Shown piece by piece: positions 24,293 to 37,240 of a DNA stretch of 64,000 nucleotides. The notes beneath the pieces are model-generated. The model was not told where the DNA came from. It saw nothing but the letters and a program-made list of their open reading frames with translations, and did no database searches. A program made the translations under genes and the position numbers. The stretch covers positions 9,844,898 through 9,908,897 of the forward strand of contig MU054212.1 in NCBI GenBank assembly GCA_013239625.1, in the 5' to 3' direction. Position 1 is the stretch's first letter. Each line of letters opens with the position of its first letter. The DNA is from Lama guanicoe. Taxonomy: Eukaryota.

Positions 24293-25902
24293 TGTTTTAT
24301 ATAGGAAGAACACCACCTGGTCTATCTCCTAATTATAATTTGTTTTTATCATGCTCTGTTGTTTTCTGTGGGGAATTCTAGGTCTCCAAATATTTTCCTC
24401 AGGGGATCAGTTCTCCTCTTGGTCTCCCTGAATAGGGCAGAGAGCTCCTCAGCTCAGTTCTCAGCCATGTATGAGGAATCTGGGACCGAGACCAATGGTA
24501 AGATGCTTTCATAATCTGCTCGTCCCTCTTTCTGTTTCTCTCCAACCAGGAAGGTAGAATATTTAGACTTCTGCCAAATTCCCTAGAAGCTGACCTTCGA
24601 GCCTGCACTGTCATTGCTTGGGTCTTTTCCTGTGAGAAGGTGCTGGACTGACCATCACAAAAGTGCCTGGAGAAGGTGGACAACCACTTCCCATATACCA
24701 TGATGTGACAACTGTGCCAAGCCTCCAGTTGCTCTAGCTGGGTGATTATAAGGATGATAAAGCAGATACTCCTGAACTTTGTGTTGACTTTATCATCTAG
24801 GAAACATCCAGTAGGACAACACTGGAAGCAGCAAGGCTTGTATTGGAGAAACAGTGAACAAAATCAGACCCAGCCCAGGGGGTGAGAGCAGGGTCCCTCT
24901 AGTGGTTGGGCAGAAGATGCCCAGGTGGAGTGGGACAACTTCCAGGACTGGAAATGCATGGAGTCCAAGCCAGGAGAGTCAAGGGGAAAGAGGGCAGCTG
25001 GACATAATTCTCATGGATGAAATCTTGCCAGGTGAGCCCTTCCCAATCATTTTATCAAGTCCTGTTGTTGAGGTGAGGTCACTCTCTCCTGGGCTAGATC
25101 TCAGCTTTCCTTTTCCCCAGCGAGTGAGAACACTGGTAGGACTGGGGTTAGCACGGAGGGTTTAGGACCAGGGCTGTGTCTGCACCATCCCCCACTGCTT
25201 CCTGTCCTGGGTTAGGCCCCAGCCCGCACTCTGTGCATTCCCCACCCACACCTCCTTCTCACAGCAAGCCTGCCCCCCCCCATTTGTTTCTGCCCTATTC
25301 TCTTGTACCCCTCCAAGATCCAGGGTAGCCTCACAGGGGCTTAGACTAATTGATGATTATTTCAGAGATGACTCCGGCTTCCTCATTATGCTAGTATCTG
25401 CCCTCTTGTATTTTTTGCAGATGGAGATCTCAGGGCTGGCCCACAGTAGGTCCTCTGTCATGTTTGTTGATTGACGTTTAGATGTCTCCTCTTTTTCCCA
25501 CACCATTCACACACCTCTCCCTGGTTCACTAATTTCTCCTGACAGTTGGGAATGGGGTGGGCCTAAATTAGTTGATCTTTTCTGTCCTCCACTAGAACTC
25601 TGCTAGAGTGTTGATTTTCTGAGCTGCCTTTTTGGTCAGCCTGATCTGACTCCAATGTATCAGAAATGCCAATAGTAGTGCCTTGACCCTCCTGGGTATA
25701 AAACTGGTTTCATCTGTGTACCGTGTTTATAATTTCTGTTGGGTCTTTTTTCTGTTAGTAACATATGTGAAGACAGCCAGGCATGGGCTGGCGATACTGG
25801 GATAAGGAGGACTTAGTGTGAATAATATCCAAAGCTGCCAAAAGAGGGAAGAGAATAGAGGCCTGGAGGGACTGACTTACCCCATAGAAAGTTCTAGAAG
25901 GA

Positions 25903-26011
25903 AGAGGGGAGGGGATATAGCTCAGTGGTAGAGCACATGCTTAGCATGCACGAGGTCCTGGGTTCAATCCCCAGTACGTCCATTAAAAAAAAAGAAAAGA
26001 AAAAATATATA
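25903..26011 (+). mobile_element. tRNA-Ala(AGC)-derived SINE, short form (tRNA head plus A-rich tail)
   Basis: 25911-25982 is a 72-nt tRNA-Ala-like head (A box 25918-25928, B box GGTTCAATCCC 25961-25971) followed by an A-rich tail. 17-bp TSD AGAAAGTTC(T/C)AGAAGGA at 25886-25902 and 26012-26028. Confidence 0.92.
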
Positions 26012-26279
26012 AGAAAGTTCCAGAAGGAGATTCAGGCTTGTGAGTAAAGTACAGTGCCCCACTGGTATAACAATCACAGGCCACATTTTCAGTAATAGGG
26101 ACTGGGTCAGAAATGAGGTGACACTTCTGAGTACAGAAGCAAAGTGTGTCTCAAGGCACTGGGACAGCGGATAGCTAGGCACCCATCCTTTGGTACCTAG
26201 AAAGGAATGCCAAGAGCTGAGAAGCATCACAGCCTAGGAGGGACTGCGATGGCTGGCTTTCTTCTTCCCTTCTCCCTTC

Positions 26280-26740
26280 ACTTTCTTCATCAAATAGTTA
26301 ATGAACACACCAGTAACTGCCGGGTGCTGGGACAACTTGGTGCATGAAGAGATGACACTCTATCTTAGAGCTTAGAAGGGAACAGACTAAAACAAATGAA
26401 TGCGTGAAATAATTACCAATTGCGAAGATCTCTGTGAAGGAAACAGTACTAAGAGCGTAAATAATTGGTAGTGGCGGTGGTCAGAGAAAGCCCTGAAACA
26501 CGGAGAACCATAGTTGGTGTGGACAACCAGGAAAGCCAAGACCTGAAGGATGAGATGGAGCCAGCCAGGTTCAGAACACAGACGAGAGAAACCCAGTGAG
26601 GGAGAAGAGCATGTGCAAAGGTCCTGAGTCAGAAAAGCTTTGGCTTGTTGAAGGACGGAACAGGGGATCAGGATGGTGGGAGGCAGGGCAACGGGGAGAG
26701 CATGAGTTCCTGAAGCTGCCAGAGCTAAGGGAGCCGTATC
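26280..26740 (-). mobile_element. L2 fragment
   Basis: GGTGGTCAGAGAAAGCCCT, GACCTGAAGGATGAGATGGAGCCAGCCAGG and GAGCATGTGCAAAGGTCCTGAG are antisense L2 motifs. Confidence 0.65.
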
Positions 26741-26744
26741 AGGT

Positions 26745-26850
26745 GGTTTCTTTTTGCAAACAAACAACCCTAACATTTAGTGGCGTAAAACAGCAATGAT
26801 TTATTAGTTCTTAGGATTCTGTGGAGTTCTTCTGTCTCAGATCTGCTGGG
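26745..26850 (-). mobile_element. MaLR (MLT1) LTR fragment
   Basis: ACAAACAACCCTAACATTTAGTGGCGTAAAACAGCAATGATTTATTAGTTCTTAGGATTCTGTGG is the antisense MLT1 3' end. Confidence 0.6.
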
Positions 26851-29800
26851 TGCAAGTGTGGACCGTGCAAGTAGGTGGCTCACATTACGGCAGGTACAGA
26901 AATAGCCATAAGCACCTTGTACAGGCAGCCAGCATTGCAGCGGAGATGGGCCCGTGTGTAATGATGAGAGACAGAAGAGGAAGCCTGACTCTACAAGGGG
27001 GTCCGGGAAGGAAGCTGTTCCTGGGGGGGATGACGCCCGAGCGGAATCCTGAAGAATAAGAAAGTGAGCGCGGGCATCCAGGGAGCAGCAGGGGAGCAAG
27101 GCAGACACCTGAGGCCAGTGACCCCTGGATGCTAAGCACGAACGTGTGAGCCTGGAGCTTCATCCCCTCTTGCTTCAGGCGGGCTCGATCCTGAGCACCA
27201 TTTGAACGCACAGTGGTGGCGGCAAAATTAAGGGACCCCAGCAGGGCAGACGGGTTGGCGTGGGGCTGGGTGGAACAGTGACTGCAGACAGCCCTGGCAT
27301 CAACATCTGCGCCCTTCGCCCAAGGCTCTCTGCAGCTTGTGCCAGGCGTCTCCCATCAGACCGCGGACTCCTGCATCACAGAGTCAGTGCTGGCAGACAG
27401 CCTTAGCAGGGCCCCAGGACCTCTTCGCTAGAAATAGGTTCCCAATTCCCCCATACAGATTGTGTCCTGAAGGGACAACAGGGTGTGAGTGCATCATTCT
27501 CTGCACTCTTCATGTGTGGGAAGGGAGAGTTGGGGGTGGAGGTGGTGAGAAAGAGAAAACATCTCAGGAAATGTGTATATTTATCCTGGCCTTGCCTTAA
27601 GAAAACCCGGCCACTAATCCATCAAAAATGAATTTGAGTTTGGGTAACATAAGCGTTTAAGGCAATGCTCTTCTCTTGTATTGATTCTCTGTGGGTTGAA
27701 ATGCAAACAATTTTGGAAATGTAGTCTTAGGTTTCCTGATTCTGTGTGGCTCAGAGAGGAAAAGGCTGTTGTCACTCGTGCTAATCACCACAAGGAACAC
27801 GGTTCTAAAGTGCTTAGCTGGAAAATGAATTCCAGAAGCCAGCCCTGGCCATGCCTCCAGGGAAGTTGTTTCCTAAAACTTCAGCCTTTTTTGTTTTTTC
27901 CTTCAAGGGAGTTGCCTCAGGTGCAGGACCACTTGGGAAATAAAAACTAACTTGCAGAATTGAGGATTCCCAGGAAGGGAGGTGTCGGCATGGGGTAGTC
28001 CTCATTGACACTGATGGGGTGAGCGGGAGTTGGCTTGTGCACTTGACTTTGGAAGACCAAGAGAGGCCTCTGCCTTCCACCATCCAAAACACATATCTGC
28101 TTGGAATTCCGTTATGAGAGGCTTCTCTTTTAGATTAAGGCACTGAAGGTACTTGTTAAGATGTGTGTGATGCTTGACTGTCTTAGCAAGGAAATGCGTG
28201 TCGAGTTAGCGTTAGTCGCCTCTCAGGGTCCTGAGGAAAGGGGTGAGCTGGATGGAGAGCAGAGAAGGGACAAATGTTTGTCACATGGGGCACTTTCCTG
28301 GGAAGAGAGAGCAGGGTGCAGCCAGCAAGGGACAGCAAGAGGTATGGGGTGTCTAGGTCTGGTGTGTAAATGCAGTGAAGCTGGCTACTCCACAAAAAGA
28401 AACTCTGATCCTGCTAAAGGAAGTCATGCCTGTTTGTAGTTCGGGTTGAGCTTCCTAAAGACCCAACATTTGAAGCCTGGTGTCCCAATCCTTTGACTGT
28501 GAGTAGGGTAGGGAGGTGAAAATCGAAGTGAGAATGGAAGTCCTCGGCTCTTTCCTCAGAACCTGCCTTTTTGTTTCTGGCCACTAGAGGGGCCCTTGTG
28601 GGTATTTGTATAAATATGGGCTCTATTTGCATAAAGCGTTGGAACAGTTTGCAGTGTCCCCTGGAGGAGCAATCTGTCCTGTGGCCTTTTCTCTGTTTGT
28701 CACCTGAGATTTGTCACTTCACACCTCTCTTCCTTCTCACCTCCCACTTGTCCTGACCCAGATCTGAAGGGCCAGAGCGTGGGAGGAGGTTGGAGGGTGA
28801 TGACAAATGGATGGATCTGTCTTCCTGGACACTGAGAAGGTCCAAGTCCTGCCTCCCTCGGGGAGCGGCCCTCCCTTCCCTCCTCCCAGGCAGCCCTGTG
28901 CCTCCAAAGTAACACCTTCCTTCACCAGAAGTGATTTGCTTTTAACAACCATGATCTACGTCTCCAGCAGCAGCTTGCATATGGGCACGGCCTGTGTGCG
29001 TGGTGGAGCCAGACCTCAGGATGCAGACAGGTGGCCTCCCTAAATACTCACCAGCTGGCCAGAGCTCTGGGGAGTGGGATCCTCCTGTCGCATTGTTCAG
29101 ACTCTTTAGGGTGGAAGTACAGATGCTCAGTTCCCATCAAGTGTGGGGGTTAACATCAAGTGGGGTCACCGCAGGCACAGGCTGAACCTCCTAGGACAGA
29201 AACGCAGGAGAGCAGGGCCAGGCTGAGGCTATGATGGGCTGGGTCTGGGAGGGCCTTCAGATGCCAAGCAGGCGGGCTGTCTGCCCAGGTTCTCTGGGTG
29301 CGCCCTTAGAAGCAGGAGCTCGCAGTCTTCTCTTCCTTCCATTCATGACCAGCCACCTCCTCTACTACTCTGTCTAGTTGTAGAATTTTTGTTTATTTGT
29401 AGCTTCTGCTTATTGAGCCCACTCAGGACTGAAGGCCTTCCCTGACTGGCTGATTTTGACGTGATTTCTGTGGCCCCGTTATCAACTGGCTCACTTTCTC
29501 CCCATCAACAATTTCCAGCAGAGAAAACACAATATATCCTGCTAATTATCACTGAGCCCAGTTGCTGACAATTTGGGTGTCCCCCCCCCCTTCAAAGGCT
29601 GGTGGCCAGAGATTGTCTTTCCTTGAGTTAAGTGCTCACCCCAGATCTGATCAAATCGGAGCAGCTGGGGCAGAGGGTGGAGGGGGAAGAGTGTTGTGCA
29701 ATCACAGGGACCCACGTGGGAAGATCCTTTGGAAAGAGTGGTGGGCATGGTAGGCATTCCAAGGCTTATCCTGACCCATAGCTCTGGCTGGCTAACGTGA

Positions 29801-31344
29801 TGACCATTGATAATAACCACAGTCGGTGGTCATCTGTCTACCTGCTGTGCTGAGAAATCTTGTATCTAACACTGGAGTCTTTTGTTGGCTCGTCCATTGG
29901 TCCCACTGGCTGAGGGCTTCTGATGTCCAGTGCAATGCCCAGCACATCCTCAATACTGAATAACTATTTGTGGAAGAAATAAGTGTGTGCTACTTGGTTA
30001 TCAACAAGATATCCCCTTTTCACTGAGCTAGACTATAAGCCTATAGCATAGGAACCCTATTTTAAAAATCTGTAATACCTAAGGGCCAGGTACACAGTTG
30101 GAGGTTATTAAATGCTTATACTCCTTGATAAACAAACAGAGAAACATCGCAGAGATAAAAGAGGGTATGGCCCTCCAGCCCTCCTAGTGGGGACTAGGGA
30201 GGACTTCAGGTCACTTTTTCCAGTAGGAAATAATTAGACCAAACATGGTCTTATTCTAGGGGCCTTGTGGGCAGAGCATGGACTCATTTGACCATAAGGA
30301 GAAAAACGACCCTCTTAAACCTCATTAACTGCAACTCCACTAATTTAGAGTAAGCAATCACTCAGACCCACTGAGCTGAATTTTGCTTTTGCACTTTGAA
30401 AAATGGACCTGTAAAGTCAGCAAGCAGTGTCAGAGGGGGAGCGGGAGGTGGGGATGCGGGAAGGATCCAGCTGACTGCTGACTGCCAAGGCTAGGCCCGG
30501 GCTCAAGACTTCAGGAAGCCCTCCCTGACTTCTTGTTCCGCAGAGGCTCAGGGCCCTTCTGTGCCTGCCGTCCTCCATCATGGCCCTGAGCGCAATGCAA
30601 CAGACTGGGAACCCCTGGAAGACAGTGCCCTTTGTCCTTTTTCTCTGTATCCCCAGGCCAGAGCCTCTGTAAATACATGTTTTCTTAGTGAATAAATAAA
30701 GCAGAGCTTCCACAGAAAGCCTTTACCTAAAAATGAATGCTGCATTCATTTCAAATAGGTATTATTTTAGGAATAAGGTTTTATAGCCTTTAGCCAAGTC
30801 CTGGACAGAGGGCTCTCCCAGACGTAGTATTATCACTATAGAGTCAATGTTAAAAGGGCAACTTGATGATAAGATTAAAGCCAATAGCTTTTGAGTAGTT
30901 AACCTATTGGTAACCAGAAGGTTAATATTATGTTTCACTTACTTACAAAGGTGCCTACCCCCTCCCTCACTCTGGGATCCCAGGTCATGAAGAAGAAATG
31001 AGAGAGTGGGTGGGTGAATAAATGAATGTTCTAGTCTCTCTCACTGTAGTTCAGTCCTTCACCTCATATTGAGGCCAGGTTGCCTCCGGGTGGGATTGGG
31101 TGCACAGAGGGCAAGTATGATGGGGTTTGGCAGCCTGGACAGGCCCAGTTGGAGCATAGCTTAGTGCAAGAACATCTCTGGGTGGGCAAATCCAAGGGCA
31201 AGGGAAGGTGGAAGGCCAGCTCTGCAGGAGAGACTCTTATGGTGAATGCTGGGGACTCGCTAGGTGATGTCCTAAGAAACAACTAGCTTCAAAGAAGTCC
31301 TAGAAAGGCCAGGAGGAGGGATCATGTCTTAGCAACTGAGGACC

Positions 31345-31363
31345 TGGCCAGCAGGTGGCATCC
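31345..31363 (+). promoter_or_regulatory. Candidate CTCF site
   Basis: TGGCCAGCAGGTGGCATCC matches the CTCF core CCASYAGRKGGCR. Confidence 0.4.
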
Positions 31364-31769
31364 CAGGAACACTGGCGGGTTCCAGGGTCCTGGCCTTATG
31401 CCCACAGAGCTGCTGTCGTTCAAGGTGAGGATGCTCCTGAAAAGAGCAAGGTGGAGATCCAGTTCTGGAGGGTATAGAGAACAGGGAGTGTCTCCAGGTG
31501 CAAAGAAAAGGGCAGGAATGCATTTGCCAGAAGTTTGGTGGGTATTATGTGGTCACAAGAATAAGATAGTAGCCCGGTTACTAGTACTGGGACATGAAGC
31601 CAAGACCAGACTGGGGCAGAGGTGACTGGGAGCTGAGTCAATGGCTAATAATCTACAAGTCTTTCAATTCCCTTTCACAGTAACATGTGTCTAGAGACGT
31701 GGTGGATGCAGTCACAGGCAGTATAGGATTCCCAGATGTCAAATGTGAGACAGTGCCAGAATCGAGGGA

Positions 31770-32730
31770 CTAATTAATTTGGAGAAACTCTTCTGCTGAG
31801 GACTAGACAAGATAAAAAACAGCCACAAAAATGAGCATTCTGCAGGCATTGAAAAGCTAACAAAGTGATGAAGAATTTCTCACGAGAAGACCAAATCCAG
31901 AGACATAGTACTGGTAAATCACCCTCAGCTTGGGCTGGGACTTTTAAGGGTATACCTTAGGAATGCAGGTGAGCTAGAAGTAAAAGAACCCTCTCAAGAC
32001 TCCAGTCTGTCTTGAGTCACTGCATAGCCCAGAGATTCTTGGTACCTGAAACTGAATTAAGGTAATCCAAGATTGTTATTGTTCTCAGATGTAAAGCAAA
32101 AGCAAGTAAAAATCACTTCTGGAGGGAAATAATGACATTCTGTCTCAAATTATTTCTATAAATAATTTTTCAAATACATTATCTGACATACAATCGAAAG
32201 TCATTAGATGTTATGAGGAGACAAAGATAACATGAACAAGAACTTTCCAGAGAAAGACTCAGTAACCACATACGAAAAACATCAGACACAGACTTTAAAA
32301 TAATTGTATTTATGATTTTCAAGCAATTAAAACAAGATGAAAATTGCAGCAGAGAACAAGAAACTATAAAATTGATATAGCAGATTTAAAAAATTAGTTA
32401 CATAGAAACTATAAATAAAAATAAATGATAGTCTAAGTTAAGAACTTTATGAAATTGTTTACCTGAAAATTAGATATAATTGAAGAGAGAATTAGTTAAC
32501 TGGATTATAGGTCAAAAGAAAATATGCAGAATGAAGCCTAGTCAAATGAAAGGTGGGAAAAAAAAGAAAAGAAAAGAAAAGCAAAACAGAAAAGAGGGCA
32601 AAATACACAGAGGAAACCGTGATATCTTCTACCATACATTTGAGTGAAATCTCAGAAATAGAAGAAAATGGAATAGAAAAATTATTTGAAAAAATAATAT
32701 TTAGGAAATTTCTAAGAGGCATTAAGCCAA
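31770..32730 (+). mobile_element. Ancient L1 5'/ORF1-like (L1M/HAL1-type) fragment
   Basis: Strongly A-rich strand with ORF1-type motifs (ATCAGACACAGACTTTAAAATAA; GAAGAGAGAATTAGTTAACTGGA; IEKLFEKII in the 32553 ORF). Heavily decayed. Confidence 0.6.
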
Positions 32731-32769
32731 GACTTAAAAATGCCATGTGTTCACATAACAACATGTCCA

Positions 32770-33228
32770 CTTTCATTAGTAATCAATCATAATGGGGAAA
32801 ACTCAAATTGAAGCCACAATGAGATGACACTACATTAACTACAGAATGGGTAATTTTAACAACTTGTTAATAAAACCTTTTTGTAAGGATGTGGAGCAAT
32901 GAGAGCTCTTATACAATACTGGTGAGGGTGTGAATCGACACAACCATGCTGGAACACACTTTGGCTGTGCTTCCCAGAGCTGGAGATATCCATATCCTGG
33001 GACTTTTAAGGGTAGATAATTCACAACAGCCCAATGGCTGGAAATAACCCAAATGCCCATCACCCTCAACACCAGTAGAATGGATAAATAAAATCTGGCA
33101 TATTCAAATAGTGGCATACTGTTCAGCAATGAGAGTGAGCAAACTACTGCAACATGCAAAACATGGCTGAATTGCACAAGCCAAATGTTAAGCAAGTGAA
33201 TCCAACTACAAAAGAATATATGTGATTC
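32770..33228 (+). mobile_element. Ancient L1M ORF2 end/3' UTR, part 1 (interrupted by a younger L1)
   Basis: CAAATTGAAGCCACAATGAGATGACAC, GGATGTGGAGCAATGAGAGCTC and CTGGAAATAACCCAAATGCCCATCA...AGAATGGATAAATAAAAT match L1M 3' consensus motifs. Confidence 0.8.
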
Positions 33229-33715
33229 TTTTTTAAACTGAAGTTTAGTTGATTTACAATGTTGTGTTAGTTTCTGGTGTACAGCATGGCAATTCAGTTA
33301 TATATACATGTGTTCTTTTTCATCATAGGTTATTATGAGCTATTCAGTGTAGTACCTTGTGCTATAGAGTAGGATCATGTTTATTCTGTATACAGTAGTT
33401 TGTATCTGCTAATCCCAAACTCCTAATTTATCCCTCCCCACCTTCTCCTCTGGTAACTGTAAGTTTTCTTGTCCATGTCTGTCAGTCTGTTTCTGTTTGG
33501 AAACAAGTTCATTTGTATCATTTATTTAGATCCACATATACGTGATATCATATGATTTTTGTCTTTCTCTGTCTGACTTACTTCACTTAGTATGATAATC
33601 TCTGGGTCTATCCATGTTGCTGCAAATGCCATTATTTTATTCTTTTTTATGGCTGAGTAGTATTCTAGTGTGTGTGTGTGTGTATACACACACATATATT
33701 CACACACATATATTC

Positions 33716-33747
<32 letters not shown>

Positions 33748-33868
33748 ACTTCTTTATCCAGTCATCCATCTGTGGACATTTAAGTGGTTTCCATGTCTTG
33801 GCTATTTTAAATAGTGCTGCAATGAACGTTGAGATGCATATATCTTTTCAAATTAGAGTTTTCTCCAG
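33229..33868 (-). mobile_element. Young LINE-1 3' fragment nested in an old L1M
   Basis: Antisense ORF2 end (EYYSAIKKNKIMAFAATWIDPEIIILSEVSQTEKDK, ORF 33522-33707) plus 3' UTR. Perfect 13-bp TSD ATATATGTGATTC at 33216-33228 and 33869-33881. Confidence 0.95.
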
Positions 33869-34168
33869 ATATATGTGATTCCTTTTATATAAGGCTCCAC
33901 ACAGGCAAAATTCAACTGTAGTATTTAGGAATGCAAATTAGATGATAAGATGATAAAGAAGCCAAAAAGTGATTACCGTAAAGATCATAATAGTGGTTAT
34001 CTTTGACCGGAGAGAGAGAGAAGCAGTTGAAGGGCTTCTTGGATGCTGGAAATGTTTTTCCCTTGGCCTGGATAGTGATTGCAACTGCTCATTTTGCAAT
34101 TATTTACTGAAGTGTGTATATGTATTTCAGATACTTTTCTGTATGTGTGGTATAATTTTGCAATACAA
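33869..34168 (+). mobile_element. Ancient L1M 3' UTR, part 2
   Basis: Resumes after the TSD: TGATTCCTTTTATATAAGG...AATAGTGGTTATCTTTG...GGATGCTGGAAATGTTTT...TTTTCTGTATGTGTGGTATA. Confidence 0.75.
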
Positions 34169-34947
34169 GAGAGATAATGCAGAGCTGAGAGGCAAACAAT
34201 CTTTGCATTCTGTCTCATTATTTTTCTCTTCCTTCTTCTTTTTCCTGAGCATCATCTGGGTTTACAAGTGCTAGAGCTACTTTATGTAGAAACAAAATAA
34301 ATATCTCTTCCTAAAGATTTTTTTTTCTTTTTACAAGTTTATTCTCCAAAGAAAAGTATCCCGGAAGACATATACTAAGGGAAAAAAAAGACCTGTCTGG
34401 AATGGTTCGTTACTTCAGGGCTGTTTTGTAGTACTTTCCACATTCCATTAGTCTCTGCAGTTGTGGGGGTGGCAGGTGTCACACTGTTTGGAGTTTGGAG
34501 CTCTGAAAGCTGTGAATAAACTCTGACTGAGATTCTAAAATGGTGATACTGTTCATGGCGATATTGATGCTCTGAATTCTTGGATTACAGAACGTTACCT
34601 ACCTAGTTTGGATGTTGGCAGGTAGGGTGAACACTGAGAATGCTGAGAAGGCTTCTCTGACCCTTGGGGATGAAGGTGAGTAAACTCTTCACCCACCTGT
34701 TACAATGCCTGAGCTCTCCACCCACGCCTACAACAACCTCTTAGGGGTTTGTTACTTTGGTTTGTAATTTTTCTCTCAAGACTCTCCTAAAGGCAGTGCC
34801 CCTGGGAGGTAGATTTTGGAGACATATTCAGTGTCTGGTACCTCTGTGAGAATAAATTCCTTGGCATTACCTTATCTGCCTGATCTCTGAGCCCAGGGAG
34901 AAGTGAAGACAGGAAAAGGGAGGGGACCAGGGACGTTTCAGAACAGC

Positions 34948-35052
34948 CATTTGTCCTTTTGCTATTGAGTTGTAACCCCTTTTTAGGTATCGAGTTTACA
35001 AATATTTTCTCCTATTCTGTGGGTTGCCTGTTCATTCTGTTGATGGTTTCCT
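34948..35052 (-). mobile_element. Short L1 ORF2 fragment
   Basis: TTTTGCTATTGAGTTGTA...TTTACAAATATTTTCTCCTATTCTGTGGGTTGCCTGTTCATTCTGTTGATGGTTTCC is typical antisense L1 ORF2 sequence. Confidence 0.7.
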
Positions 35053-35124
35053 GCCCAGGATAAGGCTGTAGTTACACCAGGAAGCCTCACCTGTCTGACT
35101 TTAATATACCTTTGCCAAAAGTGG

Positions 35125-35340
35125 TGTGACATAAAGCATGGATCTGGGCTCTAATCCTACTTCACCTTCACCACTTAGTCATAGTGTGACCTTGAACAAG
35201 GCATTGAATCTTCCTGAGTCCCTGTTTTCCATCTGTGAAATCAATCCCTGTCTACGTTGAAGGGCTTTTGTGAAGATCCAAAGAGAAAATACTGGCGAAA
35301 CTCCCCCAAACCCAGCAGTTAATGGACATTGGTTTCTATA
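35125..35340 (+). mobile_element. MIR
   Basis: CTGGGCTCTAATCCT...CACTTAGTCATAGTGTGACCTTGAACAAGGCATTGAATCTTCCTGAGTCCCTGTTTTCCATCTGTGAAAT. Confidence 0.7.
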
Positions 35341-36974
35341 ATAATTTCTGACTTCTTTAATACACAGGGTGCCTTCCCCATTTCCTGACTTCCCTATGCC
35401 ACCGAATGCTCGTGTCTTTAATTTTGACCTACCTGTACCACCTGTTATTATCTCAGTTGCTTCACAAATTTGTAAGTGCTTCTTGATTAGATAAAAACCT
35501 CCCTGTGGGCAAGGGCCTTTTCTTAGACACTCACTGAATGCTCAGAATATCGTGAACACATGCTAGGTGCTCAGAATGTTGTTGCGATGATTGATTTCTA
35601 TGTCCAGGAAGACCAAAATCCCCAACGATTTCCCAAAGGAAGTAGATCTTGGGGTTGACATTGACAGATGGGTAAGTAATGACAGGTAATGTTCAAGGGG
35701 CAGGATGGCCGGTGAGGAGAATGATGTAAGAATAGTGGCAGATTTTTTTTCCTTAACTTTTCTGGATGCCTTGTTTCTCTAGAACATTCTACCACATTTT
35801 GAAGTCATTTATCACCCTGGAGCTTTGTGAGAAAAGCAAAGGAAACCAAACCAAAAGAGGAAATATCCATCCAGCAGCTGGCCAGCTCAGTTATTTTTAG
35901 GGACAGGAGAAGAAGCCAGCGTCTGGGACTCAGCAAAACATCCCACTCTGTTTGGGGTTGACCGGTCCCTGGAAATGCACGGATCTAAGCATTTTCTCAG
36001 CTGTAACTCTCCAGCACATGTGTATCTGAAGGGAAACTTAGCCCATCTGTTTCTAATTCATTTACATTGAACTCATCAAAAACACTGTTGACATATTCTT
36101 TGCCTGGCCAAGTTCTCCATGCGTTTTGGGGAAATCCCAATATATTATTGGATTCTTTTGGGTGTCTTGAGGTTGTTGGGTTTTGTCTTCACTGGAAACC
36201 CAGGGAGAGTGAAGAATTCTTTGAATTGGAGTCATTCCAAACCTTCAAAGCTCTGTTCTTTGCTCACCGTGTCTCAGTGGCTCCCAGATTCTGACCAGCT
36301 TGGAAAGAGAACAAAGTAGCAAGCATCCCCCAGGTCTGCCATCTCCTCTCCTTGTTCCTAGCAGACCCTGAGGGATGGCCCAGGAGAGGGAGGAAAGTGC
36401 TTTATAGAGGCAGTTTGGCCAGTAGACTGATTATAGAATGAGGAGAGTTTTAATTCTAGATACTGTGTGACCTTGGGTAAAAGAAGTTCCATTTCTGTTC
36501 TTTAATTCTCCAAACTATAGTAGGAGAATGATATTGCAATTTTTGACCCATCTGCTAGAGATAGCTTATGTGGTTGGTGGGTGGTTTGTAACTTGGGAAA
36601 CAAAATTATCACGGTGAGAAATTATGATTTTCCAGGTACCCAGATGTCCTGATGCTTTGAGTAGAGTGTGTTCTCCCATCTCCAGCACTGGGCATGGGCC
36701 ACGTTGAACTGTCCATCCTCATTTTTGCTTAGGCTTGGTGAGGGGTCAAGTCTGGATACGTAGCCCAGGTTCTGAGTGATGCTGACTGATCCACAGAGGG
36801 TTGGCTTGCTTGATATCTGAGTCCCCCAGCCTCTCTATTCGATACACACACTTGGGCAAGCACGGAAGGAGACTTGTGCCCCTTCCAGCATAGGCAATGC
36901 TAATACCCCTCAAAGGAGATAAACGTGTACTGTCCAGAGAACTGAAAGCTGAAGAGGAACTTTGGAGCTCACAA

Positions 36975-37240
36975 CTCTCCTCTTTATTTTACACATGAGG
37001 GAACTGGGGCTTCAAGAGGCAAGACAGTGTGCCCAGGACTTACCGGACATGATTTCCTCACCGTCCTGTGCTAAGTCCCATCGTATTTGGTGGTACTGGA
37101 TGGAAGATATTCTTATCCCCATTTTTCAGATGAAGCAACTGGGGTGCAAAAGGGGCTGATAACTGGTCAAAGTCACTCAGTGAGCAAGTTATGAAGTAGA
37201 ATTTGATTACAGCTCTGCTAACTTTGACAGTTGACGCTGA
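36975..37240 (-). mobile_element. Two adjacent MIR fragments
   Basis: ATTTTACACATGAGGGAACTGGGGCT and ATCCCCATTTTTCAGATGAAGCAACTGGGG...CAAAGTCACTCAG. Confidence 0.65.

Noticed and set aside
25911..25982. Apparent tRNA-Ala(AGC) gene
   Set aside because: It is flanked by a 17-bp TSD, followed by an A-rich tail rather than a T-run terminator, has an acceptor-stem mismatch, and shares its head with two other SINE copies. It is a retroposed SINE.
34460..34900. Possible ancient LTR
   Set aside because: It has an AATAAA, but I could not identify termini, a TSD or a family.
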